The notes below the pieces were generated by a model. That model did no database searches and was not told the origin of the DNA. It saw only the letters and a program-made list of their open reading frames with translations. Shown piece after piece: positions 22,142-39,000 of a stretch of DNA of 55,497 nt. The stretch lies in assembly GCA_000388065.2 (NCBI GenBank), contig KB932203.1, one strand, 5' to 3'. Made by a program: the position numbers and the translations under genes. Numbering within the stretch: position 1 is the stretch's first letter; every line of letters begins with the position of its first letter. Origin of the DNA: Fonticula alba ATCC 38817. Taxonomy: Eukaryota; Protista; Nucleariida.

Positions 22142-23759
22142 CCCTTGCTGCCCCCCCTCCTTCGCTCCTGCTCCCTTTCGCGCCCCTCCTCGCCCCTCCC
22201 CTTCTTCCCCCTCGAATGTGTCGCTTGCCCTTCCTCTTCGTCACCATCTTCCTGTTGTGCCGTGCTCGCCGTATGCCGGGCGTGCCACTTCCCCAGGCCG
22301 GGCCTTTCTCTTCCTCGCTCCCCCTCGCCTCGCATGCCCTCTTGCTGACCCATTCCTTCGGCCATGTGTGTGTGCGCGCGCTCCTCCGGTCTTTCGCCCG
22401 GTTTGTCTCCCCCGTCCCGCTCGTCCCCCCCCCCCCCCCAATGTTCCCGCAGAGCGACCCTCAGATCCTGCACCAGATCACCGAGACCATCATCTCTCGT
22501 CTGGAGGCCTGTGTTTCGCGCGAGGGGCTCATCCTCAGCTCCGAGGAGCGCAACCACTTCCACAAGCTCCAGTCCTACCTGTGCAGCCTGCTGCAGGTAC
22601 GCATGTCTCCCCCCGCCCCCGGCGGCCTCTCCCAGGGCCTCGTATGGCGGCAGGCATTGTCGCTCCTCCTTCTTCCTCTTCTCCTTCTGCGCACAATGGC
22701 CTCCTCTCTTATTCACAGCCTCGTCTGCTCTCTCTCTCTCCCCCCCCGGCCCCCTCACCCGATCCACCCACGGCGGAAAACACAGTCGGTCTGCCGTCGC
22801 CTCGGCAACGCCACCTCCAACTACGCGGATCGCATGATGACCTGCCTCCTGACCATGTTCTACCACTCGAACGAGCGCCAGGTGGCCATCCTGGAGGACG
22901 CCCTGCTGGCCGTCGGAACCATCATCCTGGCCGTGGAGGCCAAGTTCGAGCGGTACATGGGCAGCTTCAGCCCCTACCTGACCGCGGCCATCGAGACGCA
23001 CCGGCAGTTCCAGCTGTGCTCGGCCGGCATCGGTGTTCTGAGTGACCTGTGCCGTGCCCTCGGGCCGGCCTTCACCCCGTACGCCGAGCACTATGTGGTC
23101 CTCTGTGCCAACGCCCTCCAGTCGCAGATCATCAACCGCTCGGTCAAGCCGCTCATCCTGGCTGCCCTCGGTGACATTGCCCTGGCCATCGGCCCGAGCT
23201 TCGCCCCGCACTTCGAGACCTCCATCAACATCCTGCTTCAGGCCGCGGTCTTCCAGATTTCCACGGTGCGTATGCGCTCGCGCACTCGCGTGGCATTCGC
23301 CTCTCCTTGCTTTTCTTTCCCCCCCTCCCCGCCTCTCCCTCTCTTGCCCTTCTAACGCCGCGTCCATGCCGCGCTCCTCGCCCGCGCCCGCCCGCGCCCG
23401 CTCCACAGGACAACTTCGACGACGCGGACTTCATGAACGAGCTCTTCCAGGGCGTGCTGGACGGCTTCTCCGGCATCATCCAGGGCTCCAACGACCCGGC
23501 CCTCCTGTCCAACAGCGTGACCCAGATCTTCGAGTTCTGCCACCGGGTCAGCAAGATCCACTACGAGTTCAGCTCCCTGGAGCCCGGCCTGATCGGCCTC
23601 ATGGTGGACCTCTTCACCATTTACCCCCCGAGCGCCTTCCCCGACATCCGGCAGTTCTCCACCGCCCCGTGGGTGCGCATGCTCTTCGACAACGCCCGCC
23701 GGTCGCGCGACAGCTACACCCGCGAGACTGCCTCCATCGGCCTGAAGCTCATCGCCTAA
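19487..23759 (+). CDS. KPNB1: Importin subunit beta-1 (karyopherin beta-1 / Kap95); about 9 exons, about 870 aa
   Basis: N-terminal IBN_N-type sequence (EILQNTLSTDINLRTQATEFLTNAQNENF; RRVAGLFAKNSL). HEAT8 acidic loop RQDEDGDEHEWNVSRAASVCL. Further matches: NHPHTIVQDTSSWVVGHI, EDALLAVG, AGIGVLSDLCRAL and VKPLILAALGDIALAIG. Stop is TAA at 23757-23759. Confidence 0.92.
19623..19701 (+). repeat. Poly-C run (about 79 nt) in importin-beta intron 1. Representative of many intronic homopolymers (e.g. C 14544-14612, G 36011-36090)
   Basis: Read directly from the sequence. Confidence 0.85.
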
Positions 23760-24252
23760 GAGAGGCGTCTGGAGCATGTGCCCTCCTCCACACCTTCTTC
23801 AGAACCCGCTGCCGCCCAGCCTCGCCCTTCCCCTCCCTTCCCCCTCCTTCCACTCTCCTTCCTATGTCCTCCTCTCTTTGTACCTCTCCCTCCCTCCCTC
23901 CCTCCCCCCCTCTCTCTCTCCCCCCTCCTAGACAGCTGTCGCCGCCGTACCCTCTCCCCCTCCCTTGTGTGCGGCGGAAATGCGAGAGTCCGAGACCCTC
24001 CTCCCACTTCCCTCCCCCCCGGACGCACATTCGCATGCGCGCGCGCGCGCGCGCACACACACACACACACACATACCGTGTGTGTGTGTTCCCTCTCTCT
24101 TGGGAGGAGAGGGACGCGGAGCCGGCCCGCCGCGCCCCCCCGCGCGTGCCCGTCGCCTCCCTCCCCGCCACCTCGCTTCTTCTCTCCCCCCTTTCTCCCC
24201 CTCACCCCCCCCCCCCCCCCCCCCCCCCCTTCTACACCCCCCCCCCCTCCCT

Positions 24253-24305
<53 letters not shown>

Positions 24306-24426
24306 TGGGCGCCCCGCGCTGCCCCCTCCCCCAAGACGCCCGGGGGGGGGGGGGGGGGGCCTTTGCGCCGGGGGGGGGGGGGGGGGGGTATGCGCCGGTT
24401 CTATTGTCCTCCACCGGCTGCCGGAA

Positions 24427-29035
<4,609 letters not shown>

Positions 29036-29756
29036 CTATGTCTCGGCGTGCGTGAAAAAGGCGGCTATGCAGGGGTATGGTCCCAAAAGGATGCACCAAT
29101 GGAAGAGGGAAAGGAGAAGGGGGGGTGGGGGGGGGGATGCCCAACCCGTGCGCCTCGGGCCAGGAGGCATCTTCTTCGGGCCCCCACCGTGCTCCTCCAC
29201 ATGGGGGTACCCGTGGAAACTTCCCTGGTTGGCAGGCTCTGTGTGGGTACCCCGCCGCCCCCGGCAATGCGGACGCCCGATCGACGAGCACATCAACACA
29301 GGCTCTCCGCTCGCCCGCGCCATTCCCCCTCCCCCCCCCCCCCCCCCCCCCCCCGAACACACCCCTGCAGAGTCGTGGGTGAAGGCGCGTGCGCCACTCG
29401 GTCGTATCACGTGTATATTCCACGGGTCCACATTGCTGCTTGTGGGCTGAGCACAACACGGCCGGTGGCTTCCCCCCCCCCTCCCCCCTCCCGGGGCTTG
29501 CTCATCTGGGCCAGCCCGGCTGGGCCACACCCTGGGCGGGGGAGGGGTACATTTGCCTATGCATGCGAGAAGGACAGCAGTATGGAGGGCAGCAACAGAG
29601 CGAGGGATGCCCGGGCAGGCACGCGCGCCTTTTTCCCGGGCCCATGCCCGGCCGCATGTCGGCCAAGCGGGATGCGGCATTGGAGGCACCCATCTCCACA
29701 GGGACGTCCTCCCGCGCCCCTCCATGTTGGTGACATGGGTGCGGGCGTGGCCGGTC

Positions 29757-31078
29757 TCAATGGAGGAGGGCAAGAGCAGCATTGGCGACAGCCAGCAGGG
29801 CACCGAAGCTGAGGATGCCGGACAGGGACACACCGGCCGGCGCGCCATTGGGAGTGGGGGCGAAAGTGGGCACGGGGTTGGACTCGACAGCGACACACTC
29901 GCCGTGGAGACAGTGCGACTCAACGCCGGTGCGCTGCCGGGAGTAGGATGGTGTTGTCCATGTTGACACATATACATGCGCGCGCGCGCGCACGCGTGTG
30001 TGTGTGTGTGTTTGGAGGATGTGAGAAAAGGAAGGGGGGAGGGATGCAGCACCGAAGCCCTGGGTGTGCTCGGGATGCAGGCATGTATATGTGCGCGGAG
30101 GGAGCCGGAGGAGAGCCCGCCGGGAGAGAGGCGAGGCCGGATGTTTACACGTACCGCGAGGGCCGTGCAGTTGAAGCCATTCGGGCGGAGGAAGTTGTTG
30201 GAGGAGCAGCTGCCCGACGGGACAGTGCACCAGATCCGGCAGATATTAGGGGTGGAGAAGTCGCAATCCGTCTCGAAGCCCATCATGCGGCAGTCAAGGG
30301 AAGGATCGAAGCAGGAAAGGACGCCCTTCTCCTTCAGGCACTTCGGGTGCTCATTGCGCGTGGTGGGCTCTGTACGTATGCATGTGCATGTAGATAATGC
30401 GCACGCACACACACACACACACACCGATGGATCCCGATATCGACAGCGGTTAGGGGCCGGCACACGCGACGCAGGGAGGAGGCAAAAGAGAAAGAAAAGA
30501 AGGGGCCAGGGACACCCCCGCCCCCGCGGCATGGGGATATAGGGCGCCCCCCATTTGGCAAGGATCGCCTCCCGGCCGCCGGCGAGGAGGGCAGGGAGAG
30601 TTCCGCATCAGCAGCTGTGGGCTCAGGCGTACGGTTCATGCAGTTGGTCGACAGGATCTTATCCTTGATTTGTGCCACACTGCAGCTGGAGAATTGGGGC
30701 GGGACGGGCTCGAAGCCGCCGACCGTGGGAGCCATGACGTAGCCCTTCGGGGAGCAGCCATTTTCACCGTCGTGGCTGAACAGTGTGTCCCCACACGGCG
30801 GGTGCGATACGCGACGAAGGAGCAGCGACGTGGTTGCCGTGTGAACATATGATGCGCGAGGCACGTGGCAGGGCAGGATGCCAGGGGAGGGGAGTGGGGA
30901 AGGGGGGGGGAGGGGATCGAACGCACGAGGCATTAAGCACATGGCCAATCTCGTGAGAAACAACGGCCCAGCTGCCGAAGGAGTTGACGGTATTGATGCA
31001 GGAGGCGGATTCCGGCAGGGAGCAGGCAGTGCCCACGTCTGTGATTTCACAAAGCCATGCATGTGTGTGTGTGTGCGT

Positions 31079-31113
<35 letters not shown>

Positions 31114-31208
31114 GGCGAGGTGTGCGAAGTGGGTGACAGTCAGCAAGGGGCGAGGCCCGCCGCGAATGTGTGCAGGTTAGCAGGCGAAGGGAGGAGCAGG
31201 AGGCACTC

Positions 31209-31243
<35 letters not shown>

Positions 31244-33122
31244 GGTGTGGGTGTGCACGCACAGGCGAGGCCAGCCACGTTGTTCAGGAACCGGTTGTGG
31301 GTAAGCAAAACGGCGATGTCGAAGTTCCGCAGGCTCGATCCCGGCGGGAAGGCCTGCGCCTGCCAGGCGCTGAAGGCAGGCAGGGTCGTGCGCGAGTCCT
31401 GGACAATGTCAAAGTGGTTGCCGGTCGACGCGGTGATCACCTCAATGCGGGACGGGTTGACGTAGACCTTCATGTCCTCGGGGAAGGCCGACTCATGGTA
31501 GGTGGCCTCGACCTGGAGGAAGAGCGCGCGCACATAGTCGATAATTTGCTTCTTCTGTGGACGGGGAAAGACACGCGCATGGCGCGATGTGTGCATGTCC
31601 GCGAAAAGCGAGAGGATGTACGTGTATGTGTGTGTGTGTGGGTGTGTGTGGCGTCGAGGGTGAGGAAGAGGGAGGAGCGAAAAGGCGCCGCCCGAAGGGG
31701 GGGACCCCTCGCCCGGCGGAGCCAGGCGCAAAGGCGCGCGCATGGCACATGGCAGGGGACGACTGCGAGAGGCGGATGGAGCGAGAATTCCGCCCACAAG
31801 AAGACGCACGCTCATGCCCTCCTGGGTGAGGGCCGCATACAGCGAGTAGTCCACATAGGCCATGACCTCGATGAAGTAGTTGGTCACCACAATCTCAGAA
31901 GAGGACCCCGTCTCGGAGGCCATGGCGACCGGGGCGGCGTCCGCCTTGGCCGGGGCACCGGGGGGCAGCAGCGGCCCATCGCACCAGGGAGCATCGTCGG
32001 TGGCGGCGCCGGCCACCTCCTCCGGGGCGGTCTCCGCCCCAAGGACGAAGGCCAGGTGGGGAACCTCCGTGTAGGAGTGGGCGTCGAGGGCGGCCTCGGC
32101 CACGGCGGCCGACGCGGCGGCCAGCTCGGCATCCGTGTTCAGGGTGTTGTAAAGCTCCAGCTCATGCGGGGCAGACAGGGCACGGAAGGTGTTGGCCGCC
32201 ATGATCTGGTGGATCTTGCCCTCGTGCATGATGGTGCCGTGCTGTCATGCGGGCGTGTGAGTGGCGACGGGGGAGGCGAGGGGGCACACATGCGCATGCG
32301 CATGCCTCTTTGTTTGTCTGCTGCTTTCGGCCCATTCCCGCGCATACCCATGGGCAGAGGGGAGGGGAGGGGGGGGGGGCATGGGAAGAGGGAGAAAGAA
32401 CGCACAACACGGCCATCGCACACGGACAGGACGACCCGGTTCTGGGGCTGGCCAACCACATGGCCTCGGTACAGGCAGCTGATGGAGGAGCCCACACGCT
32501 CGACGGACTGGTCGGCGTCATGGAAGTTGGCCATCGGCTCGATGTAGCCCTGGCTGGCGGCCGGATGCTGTGGCGAGGGGCGAGGGGCGAGGGGCGACGG
32601 AGGTCAGCAACTTCCGAGAGGTGCCACCGGTGCGCCGAGGCGCCCGGGCGAAGGGGAGGCACGAGTTCCACGCGGCACAGGCGCACCTGAACCGGGCGCA
32701 GAGACACGCTGATGGACGAGCCGTTCGAGAAGAAGTGCGGCAGATCCAGCACCAGCTCGTCATTCGAGTCGGCATCCTCGCTGCCGTCCAGGTTGTCGGC
32801 GGCGGCCAGGCGCATCCGGGCCGAAGTGCTGATCTTCGGAGAGAGGCTGATGCCCACGGGCCGCAGAGAGTGCGCGCTAACTGTCCAACCGGGAGAGGGG
32901 GGGGGGGGGGAGGTAAAGTCGTGAGTCTTTGGATGGGGCAGGGGGCAGCGCCGGTCGGGGGAAGGGAGCGGCGCAAGGGGCGAACGCACCGATGGGCGAC
33001 GAGCCGCTGGAGAACTTGGCGACCGCATTGACCGAGCCGAGCATGGCGCTCAGCAGGGCCAGGAGGAGGAGCGACAGCGGGAGGGCCCGGAGGGCCCGGG
33101 GGAGTCCATGGGACACAGCCAT
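29757..33122 (-). CDS. Secreted M12B (reprolysin/ADAMTS-like) zinc metalloprotease: signal peptide, prodomain, catalytic domain, Cys-rich disintegrin-like module and GPI-type hydrophobic tail; about 9 exons
   Basis: Spliced sequence gives FDIAVLLTHNRFLNNVAGLA|YVGTACSLPESASCINT...SHEIGHVLNAS|HDGENGCSPKGYVMAP (zinc motif plus Met-turn), then CRIWCTVPSGSC...NGFNCTALA|RTGVESHCLHGECV. The tail is NGAPAGVSLSGILSFGALLAVANAALALLH*. The N-terminus has the hydrophobic stretch LSLLLLALLSAMLGSVNA. Confidence 0.85.
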
Positions 33123-34917
33123 GACGACCGGAAGGGGGGGGGGGCGGGCGCGGGGACAGCGGGCAGAGGGGGGAGAAAAGGGGTTGTATTCCGCCCGGGG
33201 TCAGGGCACGGCCCCCGGGCGGCGGCCCAAAGCCCACACAGCCCCGACGCCCGAAGATACGAGCCCCCCCCNNNNNNNNNNNNNNNNNNNNNNNNNNNNN
33301 NNNNNNNNNNNNNNNNNNNNNNNNNNNNNNNNNNNNNNNNNNNNNNNNNNNNNNNNNNNNNNNNNNNNNNNNNNNNNNNNNNNNNNNNNNNNNNNNNNNN
33401 NNNNNNNNNNNNNNNNNNNNNNNNNNNNNNNNNNNNNNNNNNNNNNNNNNNNNNNNNNNNNNNNNNNNNNNNNNNNNNNNNNNNNNNNNNNNNNNNNNNN
33501 NNNNNNNNNNNNNNNNNNNNNNNNNNNNNNNNNNNNNNNNNNNNNNNNNNNNNNNNNNNNNNNNNNNNNNNNNNNNNNNNNNNNNNNNNNNNNNNNNNNN
33601 NNNNNNNNNNNNNNNNNNNNNNNNNNNNNNNNNNNNNNNNNNNNNNNNNNNNNNNNNNNNNNNNNNNNNNNNNNNNNNNNNNNNNNNNNNNNNNNNNNNN
33701 NNNNNNNNNNNNNNNNNNNNNNNNNNNNNNNNNNNNNNNNNNNNNNNNNNNNNNNNNNNNNNNNNNNNNNNNNNNNNNNNNNNNNNNNNNNNNNNNNNNN
33801 NNNNNNNNNNNNNNNNNNNNNNNNNNNNNNNNNNNNNNNNNTTGGTAGATTGCGGGTCCGCCTTCCCGCGGCCAGGGGCGAGGGAGGGGGAGCCTGCGCC
33901 GCGCGTCTTGTGCCCCGTGCACTGACGCCGCCGCGCCCGAAGAGTGCGTGTGCATTCCGCCTCCGGGAAAAGAGGGGGACGGAAAAAAAAACACCCCGGA
34001 CCAATGGAGATGCGCGGGAGCCGGGGCCGGATGGGGCCGGGGGACCGCGGCGCCGGCCAGGGGGGCCCAGGCGAGGTGCTGCCGGCCGAGGCCATCGGCC
34101 AGAAAAGAGTGAGACCACACGCTAATTGAAACCGCCCCCCCCCCGCCCCACCTGGGCAGAATATAAACACCCGGGGTTTCCGGCTCCCAGCAAGGGCCAG
34201 AAGGGGCCTACGCGACTCGGGGCACATAGTGCCTCTTCGCAGGGGCAGGGCCAAGCGCGCACATGTACATGCGCCTTGGCGAGACCGGCAGGGGGGGGGG
34301 GGGAACCCGCCACGCTCGTCCTCCCCGGCGCCCTCGCCCAGTTCTCAGGCCGTGGGGGCGCACTCCCCTTTCCCCCTTGCCCGGCTGCCCCCCTGCGACC
34401 AGCATGGTCGCAGCCTGGCGCGGCGCATTCTCCTGCCGCGCGTGCGCGTGATCAGCGCATGCCTTTTGCCATCGCACGAGAGACGTCGCGTGATTTCCTC
34501 GCGGAGCTCGTGAGCGACTCCGCCTCCCGACACACGCCAGCCAGGCTCTCGGCCGCGCGCCGGGTCGCCCTGCCACTCTCCCGGCCCGGATGCTTTTTTC
34601 CCCACCCAGGCCCTGGCTGGATTCCGTGGCTGCATCGCGTCACCCAGCAGCACACTCCCAAACACACTCACACTCTCTCTCTCACACACACACGCGCACG
34701 CGCACGCACGCACGCACAAATACACTGACACAGGCGCCAGCCGGCCGGGTGTGTCGCTCTATGATGTATATAGTTGAATGGTTCTCAAGGGGCTATGGTG
34801 GGAGGGAGAGGGGGGGGGGAGGAGGAAAGTCGAGGCACGCCCCGGCATGCGCGCGTTGTGGCAGCAGCAGCAGCAGCAGCGGCGGCCCCGCCGCCGCCGC
34901 CGGCACGCATCATGGCA

Positions 34918-36010
34918 TTACACGGTGTCCTCCTCGGTGTCGCTGCCTGGGCTGGCACTGGCCCCGGCGCTGCTCGGCCCGCTGACGTCGCTACTGCCGG
35001 CGCTGCTGCCGCCTCCGGTGCTCTCACCGGCGCCAGCACCGGAGGAGGAGGCCGCCAGGCCCAGCGCCTCGGCCTTGCCGCCGCCACCGCCGCCGCCGCC
35101 GCCGCCGCCCTTGGACACTTCCTCCGGGAAGTGGGGCAGGCTGCCGGAGGGCGGGGTCACGCCGCCGGCACTGACCCCGAGCGAGACATCGCTGGCGCTC
35201 TGGCCGGTGGTCGACCGGCCGAAGGACCCGGACTCGCTGCCGGACACCAGCGAATCGCCAGGCCCATCGCCGCGGCCGGGGCCGCTCCGCGGCAGAGGGG
35301 CCACCCCGCCGTGCATCTCGATGTCCTCGCCCCCGGCGGTGTGGTCGCCATCACCGGTGGCCGAGCGGCTGCCGCCGGTGCCCCGACGGCCCCGGCGCAT
35401 TCCGCAGCACCCGGGGCCCTTGGACCGGGCCTCCTCGCGGCGGGCCTGGTGATACGCGCGGATGGTTTGGTCGTAGTAGGATGGCCGGAACATGACCTGG
35501 CTCGAGCGCACGACCAATTGCACCAGGTGGCATGCCATCACCACAAGGGCCAGCACCAGCGGCAGCCAGATGCCACCGGCCTTGCCCAGGCGCGACATGA
35601 CCCCGTACATGATCATGGAGTCGGGGTTGCTCTCGATCAGGCGTCGACCCAGGAAGGCGATGATCAGGAAGTACACGGCCAGCGGGATGAAGGTTCCGGC
35701 GGCCACGCGCTTGGTCCAGAAGCTGCATGAGGCCGCACAGGATGCCCGCCCGGCCGAGGGAGCGAGTGGGTCGCCGTAAACCGCGGCAGCGGGCGCGGGC
35801 GCGGGCGCGGGAGGGGGGGGGGGGGNNNNNNNNNNNNNNNNNNNNNNNNNNNNNNNNNNNNNNNNNNNNNNNNNNNNNNNNNNNNNNNNNNNNNNNNNNN
35901 NNNNNNNNNNNNNNNNNNNNNNNNNNNNNNNNNNNNNNNNNNNNNNNNNNNNNNNNNNNNNNNNNNNNNNNNNNNNNNNNNNNNNNNNNNNNNNNNNNNN
36001 NNNNNNNNNN

Positions 36011-36091
<81 letters not shown>

Positions 36092-39000
36092 GAAGGCATG
36101 TGTGAGACATCATATGCAGCGAGGGAAGCAGGCGAGGGACGGGCGACCAAGGAAGAGGCAGGGCGCGATAGGCAGATCCCGAGCGCGCGCCGCAACAGGC
36201 ACACCAAGGCACGCCAGGGCACACCAGGGCACACCAGGGCACACCAGGGCACGCCAAGACACGCCAAGGCACCGAGACTGCGGCGCACCTGTTCACAAAG
36301 AAGATCTTCACGAAGATGGTGACGATGACCGTCATGTAGAGCTGCGTCCCGCGGGAGATCAGGTCGAAGGTCCGGCCATCGCGCTGGATGGCGCCCCCCT
36401 CGGCGCCCGGGATGTTCATGCCGAAGACAAACTGCTGGAGGATCTGGTAGATGATCAGGGCATTGGTGATGGCCCCGGCGATGGACTTGAGGAAGGACCA
36501 CAAGTTGAAGAAGTCGTTGCGCGGCCCGGTGCGGTAGAGCTCCGGATCGCGGGCCAGCCAGGCGTCCGGCAGGTCCTGGTCCAGGACCCCCACGAAGATG
36601 ATCGGCAGGAAGGTGTAGATGACATTCCACAGGGCATTGGACAGCGGGTCCCAGGCCAGCTGGCCACTGAAGCCATTGTCAAAGGTGAAGAAGAAGCTCA
36701 CCATGTACAGGGTCATGGTCTTGTACAGGGAGTAGAGGATGACCTTGCTCAGGCGCCGGTAGGTCCGGTGGCCGTGGACCATGAGCAGCGGCGCGAGGAA
36801 GCTGCGTGTGCCGGGGGGGGGGAGCGTATGTTGGGTGTGTTTGGTTGGTTTGGCCGTGCGTGAGCAATCGGAGGATGCGACCGATGGACCGGGCAGGCGC
36901 GGAGCACGGACGGGATGTGCGTGCGCGTGCGCGCCGAGGGTCGCCAGGGACACCGGCCAGAACAGCGGGGCGGAGGTCAGTGGCTGTACAGAGGCGGGCC
37001 GGCGAGCGGGGCCGGCGAGCGGGGAAAACCATGTTTTTTTTCGGCGGCCACGCACCGGAACTGGGCCGTGGAATAGTCGGCGCTGCGCGCGGCGGCCATC
37101 CCCTCGGCGCCCGAGATGCCGATCCCCACGCAGGCCGTCTGGATCATGGTGATGTCGTTGGCCCCGTCGCCGATGGCCAGCGTGGTGCACTGGATGGGCG
37201 TCGACGCCCGGACCAGGGACACCACTTCGGCCTTCTGCAGGGGCGAGGCCCGGCAAAAGACGCACGACTTGCACACCAGTGCCAGGCGCACCAGCAGCCC
37301 CCGGGCCGTGGGATCGGCCAGGGCCAGGGCCAGGGCCGAGCCCTCCAGCACCAGGGTCAGGTCCTCGATGACCGTCTCGGCACGGGGTCGCGCCATCAGC
37401 AGCACCTGCCGCCAGAGGGGATCCCGCAGCCGGGGCGGCTTGTCCGGGTCCATGCCCAGCTCGGACAGGGTGGCCCGCAGCCAGGCGGTCACATCCTCCA
37501 GCGTGTCGGCGTCCGTGGTCAAGATGCGCCCGCGATTCGGGACCAGCTGCGAGCACATGCCAATGTTGATGGCGGTCTCGCGCTTGTCGCCGGTCAGCAT
37601 CCACACCCGGATGCCGCACTGCAGCAGGGTCTGGATGGTCTCCGGCACGCCCTCCTGCAGCTGGTCCTCGATGGCCGTGGCCCCGAGGAGGGTCAGGTTG
37701 CGCTCGACCTCCTCATGGCACAGCTCCATCTGCCGAGTGTCCCGGTGCATGGGAGGGCCGCATGAGGGAGGGAAGAGGGAGGCGCGCATGCGCACCGGCC
37801 GGGGGGGACACATATGGGAATGGGCGGGTCAGTGTGAGCCGGAGGTGTGTGGGCGCGGCAGGTGTGCCCAAGGCCAGGGACCGAGGGGGCCGGTCACGCG
37901 CGGCAGAGGCAGGACGCAGCCTCGGCCGGCCGAGGGCCCGGATATGTGCGCATGCGTGCGCACCTCCTCATACCGGCGGTCGAGCGTCGTGCAGGCCAGA
38001 TGGTACCGCCGGCGCCAATCGTCATATGTCTCCGGGTCAATCTCGCCCACGGCATAGCACAGCGTGCGCAGGCCCTCGCGCGAGAAGTCCTGCACGGGCC
38101 AGCGGCGCAGTCAGGACAGCGAGGATCATCGGCAGGGGGAAGGGGGGCGGGCAGGCGGGCAGGCGGGCAGGCGGGCAGGCGGGGTACGGCACGCCAGGTG
38201 TCAGGAGAAAGCCCGGGAAAGACAAACACACAACAAGCAAGCAGCCGCCCGGCCCTGCCCCGTGGCGGGGAGGGGGCGGCGCAAAAGCAGACGCACCTCC
38301 AGGTGCCCGGCCGTGGCGGCGGTCAGCGACGATTGGCGACTCTCCTCCGAAAGCCGGGCCAGCATGGTGTTGTCGGCCCCCTTGCAGAAGATGAGCACCC
38401 GGCCGGCCGCATCACGGACGATGATGCTCATGCGCTTGCGATCGGCGTCGAACTCCAGCACATGCAGCAGGGCGAAGTCCAGCGTCACCCAGGTGTCCTC
38501 GTCGGTGCCCGGGTCCTCCGGGCTCGGCAGGGGGCCGATGTCGGTCGAACGGCCGTCCACCAGTGCCCGCGGCACGCGGATGCCCACATGCTCCGGTGTG
38601 CGCCGGGTGAAGCGCACGCCCAGGAGATTGGCCGCCTGCACGAGGGCCACCTCGTCCGGCGAGGCCCCCTGATACTGGACATGCTCCAGCCCGCATCCGG
38701 CCGAGATGATGCCCGGGGTGGACGCCCCGGAGGTTTGGTCGTCGCCGGCCGACCGCCGATGGCTCGGCAGAGTCGTGTGGCACAGGGCCATGGCCAGGAT
38801 GAAGGTGGCCGGGGTGATGGGCAATTTGGTGCCGGGCTCCGGCATCGGCGACCCCGGACACACCAGCGGCCCGAGCTTCATCCCGGCCGCCGAGGCGTAC
38901 ACATCCTGCAGCAGCTGCGGGTCGTAGAAGCGCCAATCGGCCTGAGAAGGGGGGGGACCATCCCCGCGCGGGAAGAGGAGTGGCCGTTACCCGAGGGACA

